Source: an uncultured Pseudomonadota bacterium
Lineage (GTDB): Bacteria; Pseudomonadota; Alphaproteobacteria; Rs-D84; CACZYB01
Direction: 5' to 3'
Length of the DNA stretch: 64,000 nt
Assembly: GCA_902785275.1 (NCBI GenBank)
Contig: CACZYB010000001.1
Location: 199,884-263,883 of the forward strand
Shown piece by piece: positions 26,844 through 34,408 of the stretch (positions within the stretch are counted from its first letter, which is position 1; the number at the start of each line of letters is the position of its first letter). The position numbers and the translations under genes were made by a program. A model generated the notes under the pieces. It worked only from the letters and a program-made list of their open reading frames with translations, was not told where the DNA came from and searched no databases.

Positions 26844-26878
26844 TATGGGGGAGGAGAGGGGGAGCCAGGGTCCCATAT
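26844..26878. repeat. G-rich tract enclosed by the inverted repeat ATATGGG / CCCATAT
   Basis: aaATATGGGGGAGGAGAGGGGGAGCCAGGGTCCCATATtt is a conspicuous GC island in otherwise AT-rich non-coding DNA. Confidence 0.6.
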
Positions 26879-26924
26879 TTTTATGCTTTTAATGTAAAAT
26901 TTAAAATTTATTAAAAAAACTTGT

Positions 26925-26952
26925 TTGCTTTAAGGGAAAAACGTTTTATAAT
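26925..26952 (+). promoter_or_regulatory. Outward-facing promoter near attR (candidate)
   Basis: TTGCTT, then TAAGGGAAAAACgttt (16 nt), then TATAAT (26947-26952), pointing toward attR with no ORF downstream inside the element. Confidence 0.45.
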
Positions 26953-27069
26953 AAGTGTGATGCAATTAGTGATGCAGTAAGTATGTATGGCTAAAAATAA
27001 TTGCGTGAAAAGTTAGAGATTTGGTTGGTTTTGGTGTTGTGTAAAGGCTTAATTTTTAGATGAGTTATA

Positions 27070-27087
27070 CCCTTCACCCGCTCCAAA
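27070..27087 (+). repeat. attR core (duplicated tRNA-Gly 3' end)
   Basis: CCCTTCACCCGCTCCAAA, identical to 21598-21615. Confidence 0.85.
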
Positions 27088-27093
27088 ATCAGA

Positions 27094-27115
27094 AGTGGCA
27101 ATCGCCACTTTTTTT
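27094..27115 (+). terminator. Displaced tRNA-Gly terminator
   Basis: AGTGGCAATCGCCACT followed by TTTTTTT, 7 nt after attR. Confidence 0.75.
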
Positions 27116-27274
27116 ATTTGCAAAAATACCCTTCAAAATTAAAAGCAATATTAAAAAACTAAATACTTTTATTTTGTTTATGAAAATAAAAATACTCTTA
27201 ACAACAAACGATGTTAGTAAGGAGTTCTAGAATTACTGATTTGGAATCGAAGAGTTCTACGACTTTAGATTTAG

Positions 27275-27362
27275 TGGCGGAAAGAGGGGGATTCGAACCC
27301 TCGATACCTTGCGGTATGCACGCTTTCCAAGCGTGTGCAATCGACCACTCTGCCATCTTTCC
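27275..27362 (-). tRNA. tRNA-Ser(GGA)
   Basis: The reverse complement GGAAAGATGGCAGAGTGGTCGATTGCACACGCTTGGAAAGCGTG...long variable arm...GGGTTCGAATCCCCCTCTTTCCGCCA has anticodon loop TTGGAAA. Confidence 0.9.
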
Positions 27363-27437
27363 TTAATATAACTATAATACCGTACAATCACTGTACTTAT
27401 GCAGAAATTCTACATAAAAATTTTTACAAGTCAATAA

Positions 27438-27671
27438 TTATCTTGCTTTTTTAAATGGATTTCGTGGATGTAAAAACCAATTAATAACAAGCATTGTTTT
27501 TCCAACACATAAAAACAAAATCCACATTAAAATCAATAACACTGGCACTGATGTATGAATTCTGTATCCAAGCCAAAATATATCAACTACGCCATAATTA
27601 TTCGAAATCCATACCCCAATCACAGAAAACAAAAGGAATATAAAAAAATATTTAAGAGAAGCTTTCAACAT
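27438..27671 (-). CDS. HemY N-terminal-domain-only membrane protein (77 aa)
   Basis: Two TM helices and VVDIFWLGYRIHTSVPVLLIL match the HemY_N pattern. The usual TPR body is absent. Confidence 0.6.
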   Translation of the reverse strand: MLKASLKYFFIFLLFSVIGVWISNNYGVVDIFWLGYRIHTSVPVLLILMWILFLCVGKTMLVINWFLHPRNPFKKAR

Positions 27672-27684
27672 TTTCTTTATCTCC

Positions 27685-28728
27685 TTATATATTAACTTCT
27701 TTTACTGGTTCAGTAATGGTAATAACCTTTTTCTTTACAGGAACTTTCTTTACTTCTACATCATGCAAAGCCTTTTCCAAAGCAACCTTTAAAACCGGAG
27801 CAATAACTTCATCTACAGAAAGTTTCACCTTTGCATCATCATACCATTTTTTTGCAAAATTAAAGCCAGCTTCTGAAACATCTTTTAACTTTTCAAATTC
27901 AAAAACTGCCTTTGCCAAATTACCTTCTTTTAAGGCATCCTCAGTCTTTGCAACAATAAAATCCGGAGTTTTTTCTTCATCCAAAGGATTGCTAAAATCA
28001 ATCTTTCTTATTTTCAAAAGACCCTTTACACGGAACAAAAATCTATCTCTCATATTGTCACCTTCACCCTTTGGGTTATTGGAAACAAAAACAACATCTG
28101 TTGCAATTTTATCAAATTCATTTCTTAATTCAGAAACGGTCTTAATTCCATTTTCAGAGTAAGGAGAAAGTACAGTTTCTGCTTCTTGCACAACCTTATC
28201 CTTACCGGCAATTTCCATCAATGTATCAAGCTCTGCTTTGAAACTATCACCTCTATTTATTGCATCACGAAGCAAAGTTGCCGAAGTCAACATCAAAAGG
28301 TTCAAACCTTTATATGTTTTATTATATTCTTCTAAGGAGCTTATTTTTGATTCAAGTTTAGCCAAATCATTCTTATCAAACATAAGTTCACGTACACGTT
28401 GAATATTATCTTTTATATCCAAACCAAATTGTTGAACTTGATCTTTAATATCAACCTTTTGCAAATCACGAATTTTTTCAATATAGGTTTCCAAAAGTTC
28501 AACGCCACCCTTTTCCATATTATCAACTTTGTTTGCTAAAATAAGTACTTGTCTTTTTTGGTTATCAAGCTCTAAGCTTAAAAAACCAATAATCCAAATC
28601 ATAAGAATAAAAAGGAAAGCAAAAATCACCACCTGAAACACAGAAAAAGAAGTTTCCTTTTTTGGTGTTTTTACAATTTCAACAACAGTATCTTCTGTTT
28701 TTTCTAATTTTTTCTTTTTACTAAACAT
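27685..28728 (-). CDS. Mitofilin/Mic60-like (HemX-like) membrane protein
   Basis: N-terminal TM FQVVIFAFLFILMIWIIGFL, long coiled coil, and C-terminal ...ALKEGNLAKAVFEFEKLKDVSEAGFNFAKKWYDDAKVKLSVDE... of the mitofilin-domain type. A hemY_N gene lies downstream. Confidence 0.65.
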   Translation of the reverse strand: MFSKKKKLEKTEDTVVEIVKTPKKETSFSVFQVVIFAFLFILMIWIIGFLSLELDNQKRQVLILANKVDNMEKGGVELLETYIEKIRDLQKVDIKDQVQQFGLDIKDNIQRVRELMFDKNDLAKLESKISSLEEYNKTYKGLNLLMLTSATLLRDAINRGDSFKAELDTLMEIAGKDKVVQEAETVLSPYSENGIKTVSELRNEFDKIATDVVFVSNNPKGEGDNMRDRFLFRVKGLLKIRKIDFSNPLDEEKTPDFIVAKTEDALKEGNLAKAVFEFEKLKDVSEAGFNFAKKWYDDAKVKLSVDEVIAPVLKVALEKALHDVEVKKVPVKKKVITITEPVKEVNI

Positions 28729-28737
28729 AACACTCTC

Positions 28738-29112
28738 CTAAAATTTAAAATCAATAACTGTACTTTGTTTTGGTTTATTGCTTGAAGAAAAAGCCGCAGA
28801 CAAAGTTTTAATTTTTGTTGTAATCTGAGCAAGCACATTTGCCAAAGCATTCTCATCCAATGCTTCTTCTTTCAAAACAGAAACTTGCTTTTCCAAACTT
28901 GCAATTTTTGTTTTTGCCTTTGAAATATCACCAAAGGTAAGAATACAAACCATCAAAAGCAAAGTTTCACTATCAACATCACCAAACATAGATGATAAAC
29001 TTCTTGCTTTATTATCAATTTGCTCAGCAATAGCAAGTATTTGTTCTTCTTGCCCTGCCCCACAATCCACAGAATAATTTTTTGAATTTATTTTAAAATT
29101 AACTGTTGGCAT
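28738..29112 (-). CDS. zapA: Cell division protein ZapA
   Basis: VNFKINSKNYSVDCGAGQEEQILAIAEQIDNKARSL followed by a coiled-coil tail. Confidence 0.8.
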   Translation of the reverse strand: MPTVNFKINSKNYSVDCGAGQEEQILAIAEQIDNKARSLSSMFGDVDSETLLLMVCILTFGDISKAKTKIASLEKQVSVLKEEALDENALANVLAQITTKIKTLSAAFSSSNKPKQSTVIDFKF

Positions 29113-29120
29113 TTTTCCCT

Positions 29121-29384
29121 CTAAAATTTATTTATCTTGTTTTTCAAAGAAATTGATAAATCATGTATTTCACCAATAGCACGTCGAACCTTACTTTGTT
29201 CAACAAGCAACGAATGTTTAAGGTTATCTATTTCCACCTTATTTTTTTCATCATTTTCCTTATAAAAACGGATTTCATCATCAAAATTTTGCAATTTTGT
29301 ACTTTTATATACATCAAAATTCCGCTCCAACTCGGAAACGGACTCTGATAATAATTGCAAAGAATTACTAAGTTTCTCTTTCAT
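29121..29384 (-). CDS. Coiled-coil protein (DUF4164/ZapB-like) preceding zapA
   Basis: The start was moved to the ATG at 29384 (MKEKLSNSLQLL...). The protein is all-helical heptad sequence, and its position upstream of zapA is conserved in alphaproteobacteria. Confidence 0.6.
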   Translation of the reverse strand: MKEKLSNSLQLLSESVSELERNFDVYKSTKLQNFDDEIRFYKENDEKNKVEIDNLKHSLLVEQSKVRRAIGEIHDLSISLKNKINKF

Positions 29385-29461
29385 ACTTGCCTTTTTCAAA
29401 AAAGTTATATATAACTTATATAAAATATACAAAAAAAACAAATAAAATTCAAGGATAAAAA

Positions 29462-30331
29462 ATGAGAAAGTCTTTAAGGAAGAATGATGAACTAAGAAAT
29501 ATTACATTGGTACCAAACATAAATAAATACGCTGATGGTTCTTGTTTAATAACATGTGGTGATACAAAAGTTATGTGTACTGCAACAATAGAATCAAAAG
29601 TTCCATTATTCTTAAAACATTCCGGAAAAGGTTGGGTAACTGCAGAATACGGAATGCTTCCTGCATCATGTCAAACGCGTATAGATAGGGAAAAATCACG
29701 TGTTGGTGGTCGTACAGCCGAAATCCAAAGATTAATCGGACGTTCTCTTCGCTCTGTTGTTGACCTTGATAAAATAGGCGAAAGACAAATAATTATTGAT
29801 TGCGATGTTATCCAAGCCGATGGTGGTACAAGAACCGCATCCATTACTGGTGGATATATTGCTTTGTACATCGCATTAAAAAAACTTCAAGAAAAACAAA
29901 GATGGCAAAATCTTCCTATACTTGATATGGTTGCTGCTATCTCATGCGGTATCATTGATGGCGAAGTATTACTCGATCTTGATTATGATGAAGATAGTAA
30001 CGCCGAAACAGACAGTAATTTTGTTATGACAGAAAGTGGTGGCATCATTGAAATACAAGGAACCGCCGAAAGAATTCCTTTCACAGAAACAGAATTCACA
30101 AAACTTCTTTCTACTGCAAAAAATGCATTAAAAACTATCTTTGAAAAACAAAAAGAAGTTATAAATCAAATAGACGAGCAATTCGAAAAAAATCGTCAGG
30201 AAAGATTAGAAGCACGTCTTTTATCTGCTGGAATTAATACATTAATAAAGACAAAGAAAAATAATTCAAATCAAATCTTAGATGAAAACAGAGATATAAA
30301 CGGAAACGTTGCTAACGGTTCAAATATATAA
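29462..30331 (+). CDS. rph: Ribonuclease PH with about 50-aa C-terminal extension
   Basis: [18 protein letters not shown]...[11 protein letters not shown]...[18 protein letters not shown]...[18 protein letters not shown]. Confidence 0.9.
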   Translation: MRKSLRKNDELRNITLVPNINKYADGSCLITCGDTKVMCTATIESKVPLFLKHSGKGWVTAEYGMLPASCQTRIDREKSRVGGRTAEIQRLIGRSLRSVVDLDKIGERQIIIDCDVIQADGGTRTASITGGYIALYIALKKLQEKQRWQNLPILDMVAAISCGIIDGEVLLDLDYDEDSNAETDSNFVMTESGGIIEIQGTAERIPFTETEFTKLLSTAKNALKTIFEKQKEVINQIDEQFEKNRQERLEARLLSAGINTLIKTKKNNSNQILDENRDINGNVANGSNI

Positions 30332-30349
30332 TCACAAGGGAGGTATAAA

Positions 30350-31060
30350 ATGTCAAAAACCGAAAAATCTAAAACTTTATCATTGAAAGAACAATATCTC
30401 GAAAGCCAAAAAAATGCATTCTTCCGTGAAGTACAAGAAGATGTTCAGGCCGAAAGAATTTCTCAAATCTGGAATAAGTATAAAAACTATATAATCACAG
30501 TAATTGCAATAGTACTTCTTATTTCCATAATAAAAAATTGCTATGTTTCATACAAAAAGAATGTAAACCTTAAAAACGCAAAGCAATTTGAACAAATAAT
30601 ATCAAAAAATTCAACTCCTGATGCAAAAATCACAGAATTACAAGAATTTGTAAAAACTGCAAAGTTTGGATACAAAGATATTGCATACTTCAATATTTAC
30701 TCAATCCAAATTGAAAACAAAAAGTATAATGATGCGATTGATACACTAAACGAAATCACAAAAAATTCCTCTGATGAAGTATTTGAAAATCTTGCCATAG
30801 TAAAGCTTGGTACATTACTTTCATCACTTCCTGAAAAAGATTTAGTTTCAGTAAAAAAACAACTTTCAAACGTTGGTTCATCCGAAGCATTATCACCTGT
30901 TGCAAAATTTGTTCTTGGCACAATTTATGTAAAAGAAAACAACTATGATGCTGCAAAAAAGATTTTTGAAAAACTTTCTGATGATATCAATCTTCCAGTA
31001 AGTATCAAATCTCAAAGTTTAACTATGTTAAACTACATAAAATCTGCAAAATCAAAATAA
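30350..31060 (+). CDS. YfgM-like TPR membrane protein
   Basis: Single TM after FFREVQEDVQAERISQIWNKYKNY, and position immediately upstream of bamB as in the yfgM-bamB arrangement. Confidence 0.65.
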   Translation: MSKTEKSKTLSLKEQYLESQKNAFFREVQEDVQAERISQIWNKYKNYIITVIAIVLLISIIKNCYVSYKKNVNLKNAKQFEQIISKNSTPDAKITELQEFVKTAKFGYKDIAYFNIYSIQIENKKYNDAIDTLNEITKNSSDEVFENLAIVKLGTLLSSLPEKDLVSVKKQLSNVGSSEALSPVAKFVLGTIYVKENNYDAAKKIFEKLSDDINLPVSIKSQSLTMLNYIKSAKSK

Positions 31061-31082
31061 TTAAAAAGGAGGGAAAAACAAA

Positions 31083-32348
31083 ATGAAAAAAACACAAAAT
31101 ATTAAAAAAAAGCTGGGTATTTTGTTTTTCTCAACCTTAATTTTGGGGTGTGAAAACGCACCTCTTCCTTTGCAAGGTGAAAAAGTTTCTATCTTTAACA
31201 AAGAAAAAACACAAAAAACAGAAAATAAAAAAATCATCCTTGAAAAACCATACATAAACAAATTATGGAATTCAAACGGTGGTAACTCTGAAAACAATAT
31301 GGGACATATTGCCGGCCATAAAAAATTCCATAAACTATATTCAAATGATATCGGTTCCGTAAGCTCTAAAAAGCAAATTTTATACACTCCTGTTGCTAAT
31401 GAGAATATGGTATTCACAATATCAGGAAATCTTCGTTTAACTGCAATAAATATAAATACAGGAAAAACGGTTTGGTTCCAAAAATTTTCAAATAATGATT
31501 TAATAAAATTTGGAACACTTGCCTTAAATGGAAATGATTTATACCTTCTAACAAACAATTCACAACTTGTAAAACTTAACGCTAAAACTGGTGAAATAAT
31601 TTACAGTAAATATTTCAATACAAACCTAAAGTCTGGCCTTACAATCTGTGATAACAAACTATTCTTCACAAACGATAATAACGAAACATTTGCAATAAAC
31701 CAAACCACTGGTGAAAAAGAATACATCCACAAAACAATAGAAGAAAGTTCCTCTTTCATTAAAGGTTCAACACCTGCGTGTAAAGACGATAAACTTATAA
31801 CTGCATTCTCAAATGGTGAAGTCCATATGATTATGGCCGAAACATCAACACCAATTTGGCTTGATTCTGTTTATAAAATAAATCCATCAAATATAAACAC
31901 TATATCTGACATCATTGCAAATCCTGCTATAAAAAACAATATCGTCGTTGTAAAAAGCTATAACGATATTACAAAGGCATTTGATATAGATGAAGGAAAA
32001 ACACTTTGGATTACATCAAACGGTGGAAAAACAACTCCTATAATCTCTAATGATACTATGTTTGATATAAACAATAACAAAGTATTATTTGCATCAAACG
32101 TTTCAAATGGAAACAAGATTTGGGAAACAAAGCTTAATATAAAACAAGATGATATATTCTTTGATCCACTTTTGATAAACAATCAAATCATAATCCCTGT
32201 ATCAAACGGAGATATTATAAAGGTAAATCCATACAACGGAAATATCATTGAAACCGAAAGCTTAACATCACAAATTGATGTTTCCCCTATCGTAATAAAT
32301 GATAAATTAATAATTATTTCAAACGGAGATTTAGAAGTTTTCAACTAA
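31083..32348 (+). CDS. bamB: BamB-like PQQ beta-propeller lipoprotein
   Basis: Lipobox LILGC, and repeated Trp/Gly beta-propeller blades (GKTVWFQKF, GEIIYSKYF, GKTLWITSNG, GNKIWETKL). Confidence 0.75.
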   Translation: MKKTQNIKKKLGILFFSTLILGCENAPLPLQGEKVSIFNKEKTQKTENKKIILEKPYINKLWNSNGGNSENNMGHIAGHKKFHKLYSNDIGSVSSKKQILYTPVANENMVFTISGNLRLTAININTGKTVWFQKFSNNDLIKFGTLALNGNDLYLLTNNSQLVKLNAKTGEIIYSKYFNTNLKSGLTICDNKLFFTNDNNETFAINQTTGEKEYIHKTIEESSSFIKGSTPACKDDKLITAFSNGEVHMIMAETSTPIWLDSVYKINPSNINTISDIIANPAIKNNIVVVKSYNDITKAFDIDEGKTLWITSNGGKTTPIISNDTMFDINNNKVLFASNVSNGNKIWETKLNIKQDDIFFDPLLINNQIIIPVSNGDIIKVNPYNGNIIETESLTSQIDVSPIVINDKLIIISNGDLEVFN

Positions 32349-33370
32349 CCTCTTTTGAAAAGCCTTTTATACCATGGTTTCTTCAACTTTAATTGAAGTT
32401 GTCTGAAATAATCTTCGGCAAGTCTTGACCCTTTCATACCATTAATAGTCTTAAGCACTTTCATAAACTCTTCAAAATCCGGATGATTTGGATCCCAACA
32501 GGTATATTTTTCATAATTAGAATTCATTTCTGAATTAGTAGCCCACTTTCTAAATCTTGAAAAATAAGCCTCTGCACCAAATTTATTTGCCATTTTAACA
32601 AATGCAGGCATTTCCCTAAAGTTACCAGAATGAAAAACAAAATTGAAATCTAATTCTTTTAATTCACCCTTCTTTTTTAATTTAGAAATATATTTCAAAT
32701 TCTTTTGAAGTTGTTCCCAATGTCCACCCCTAACTATTCGTTCATAAGTTTCCTTTGTTGCAGCATGAATAGAAAGACATACTTTACAAATCTTACCTTC
32801 TATACCAAAATCTTTTACATGTTTTTCATCAAACAAAAGTCCATTTGATATCAACATAAATTTTATCTTTGGGTACTTTTCTGAAATACGTCTTACCAAA
32901 CACTTCAAATGCTCACTTACAAAAACTTCACCCGAACCATTCAAAAAAACAAATTCTGCATGCTTACAAATTTCAAGAACTTTATCAATAATAGTATTAT
33001 TTTGATTAATATCATCCTTTGATTCTGTAAACCATTCATCACGACAAGTAACACATCTTACATTACATGCCTTAACATAGCTTAAATGAACATATTTTGG
33101 ATAAGGAGGATGATCAATAAAACTTTCTTCAAAATCCTTCATATTCCAATCATTATACTCAAAACAAAACTTTAAATTACAGTGAGTATAAAGGTTGTTA
33201 TAAATATCTCTTCTAAAAGCTTTTGCCCTTTCACCATACCAAATATCCTCAAAAGAATCTTTGTAAATATTTCCAATTACATAATAATCAACAAAAGGAG
33301 CACAACAAAAAAATACTTGCCCATCCCAATCGATATTTATTCGTTCAAAAGGATATTTGCAACATCTCAT
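32345..33370 (-). CDS. Radical SAM protein with N-terminal SPASM/twitch-like Cys motif (paralog 2)
   Basis: CNVRCVTC (CX3CX2C) at about aa 102-109, GSGEVF glycine motif, and N-terminal CKYPFERINIDWDGQVFFC (CX12GX4C). Its ATG overlaps the paralog 1 stop (TAATG). Confidence 0.8.
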   Translation of the reverse strand: MRCCKYPFERINIDWDGQVFFCCAPFVDYYVIGNIYKDSFEDIWYGERAKAFRRDIYNNLYTHCNLKFCFEYNDWNMKDFEESFIDHPPYPKYVHLSYVKACNVRCVTCRDEWFTESKDDINQNNTIIDKVLEICKHAEFVFLNGSGEVFVSEHLKCLVRRISEKYPKIKFMLISNGLLFDEKHVKDFGIEGKICKVCLSIHAATKETYERIVRGGHWEQLQKNLKYISKLKKKGELKELDFNFVFHSGNFREMPAFVKMANKFGAEAYFSRFRKWATNSEMNSNYEKYTCWDPNHPDFEEFMKVLKTINGMKGSRLAEDYFRQLQLKLKKPWYKRLFKRG

Positions 33371-34395
33371 TATTTTTCTCCTAAAATTTTACTTTTCAAT
33401 CTCAACCACCATGTGTCTTTAAGTTTAGATTGAACATATCTAAAGAATTCTTCATCAAATCTATAATTCTTCATTTTCTTAAGCTTTCTAAGTATATTTA
33501 AGAACTTTCTATAATCTTTATGCGCAACCTCCCAACATGCATATTTTTCATAATTTTTGCACATTAACGAAGAATTCCAATTTCTAAACATTGAAAAATG
33601 CACATCAATACCATACTTTTGTGCAATCTCAACAGCTTTAGGCATTTCCTTAAAGTTAAGAGAATGAAAAACGAAACTAAGACTTAGGGATTTAATTTTT
33701 CCTTGAGTTTTTAGTTCGGATAAATATTTCAAATTATTTTGAAGCTTTTTCCAATTTCCACCACGGGTAATTTTTTTATAAGTTCTCTTTGTTCCAGCAT
33801 TAATTGAAACATCAATATACTTTACTTTTATATCCTCACCAAAAAAATCTTTTATATTTTTTTCATCACACAAAAGACCATTTGTCTGAATAAAAAACTC
33901 AATATTTGAGTTAAGTTCAGATATTTTCTTAACAATATTTTTCAAATGGTTACTTACAAAAACTTCACCTGAACCATCTAAATAAATAAATTCAGCCTTT
34001 TTACAAATATCAACAACCTTATCTGTAATCTTATTATAATTTGCTGTATCTTTTTTTGTTTCGATACACAAATCATCACGACAAGTTCTACACCTTAAAT
34101 TACAAGTCTTAACATAACTTAAATTTACAATCTTTGGATACGAAGGATTTTTGATAAATTTTTCATCAAAATCTTTCATATTCCAATCATTATATTCAAA
34201 ACAAAACTTTAAATTACAGTGTTTACAAGAACCCTCAAAAACAGACTTTCTAAATTCAACCGCTTTTTCCCCATACCATAAATCTTCAAAGGAATCATTG
34301 TAAATATTTCCAAGCAAAAAGTTGCTACCACAAAAGGTAACGCTACCGTCCCATTCAATGTTAAGCCTTTCAAATGGAAATTTACAACATCTCAT
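33370..34395 (-). CDS. Radical SAM protein with N-terminal SPASM/twitch-like Cys motif (paralog 1)
   Basis: CNLRCRTC (CX3CX2C), GSGEVF, and N-terminal CKFPFERLNIEWDGSVTFC plus CKHCNLKFC. It lies 13 nt after the mnmG stop. Confidence 0.8.
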   Translation of the reverse strand: MRCCKFPFERLNIEWDGSVTFCGSNFLLGNIYNDSFEDLWYGEKAVEFRKSVFEGSCKHCNLKFCFEYNDWNMKDFDEKFIKNPSYPKIVNLSYVKTCNLRCRTCRDDLCIETKKDTANYNKITDKVVDICKKAEFIYLDGSGEVFVSNHLKNIVKKISELNSNIEFFIQTNGLLCDEKNIKDFFGEDIKVKYIDVSINAGTKRTYKKITRGGNWKKLQNNLKYLSELKTQGKIKSLSLSFVFHSLNFKEMPKAVEIAQKYGIDVHFSMFRNWNSSLMCKNYEKYACWEVAHKDYRKFLNILRKLKKMKNYRFDEEFFRYVQSKLKDTWWLRLKSKILGEK

Positions 34396-34408
34396 ACTAA
34401 CTTCTCCC

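Larger units (their letters stand above)
21598..27087 (+). mobile_element. About 5.5-kb integrative element inserted in the 3' end of tRNA-Gly
   Basis: The 18-bp direct repeat CCCTTCACCCGCTCCAAA occurs at 21598-21615 and 27070-27087. The integrase gene is adjacent to attL, and a tRNA-type terminator lies immediately right of attR. Confidence 0.85.

Noticed and set aside
31061-31558. 165-aa minus-strand ORF
   Set aside because: It is antisense to the BamB-like gene, which has a lipobox and propeller repeats. The ORF's translation is Phe-rich, an antisense artefact of an AT-rich gene.
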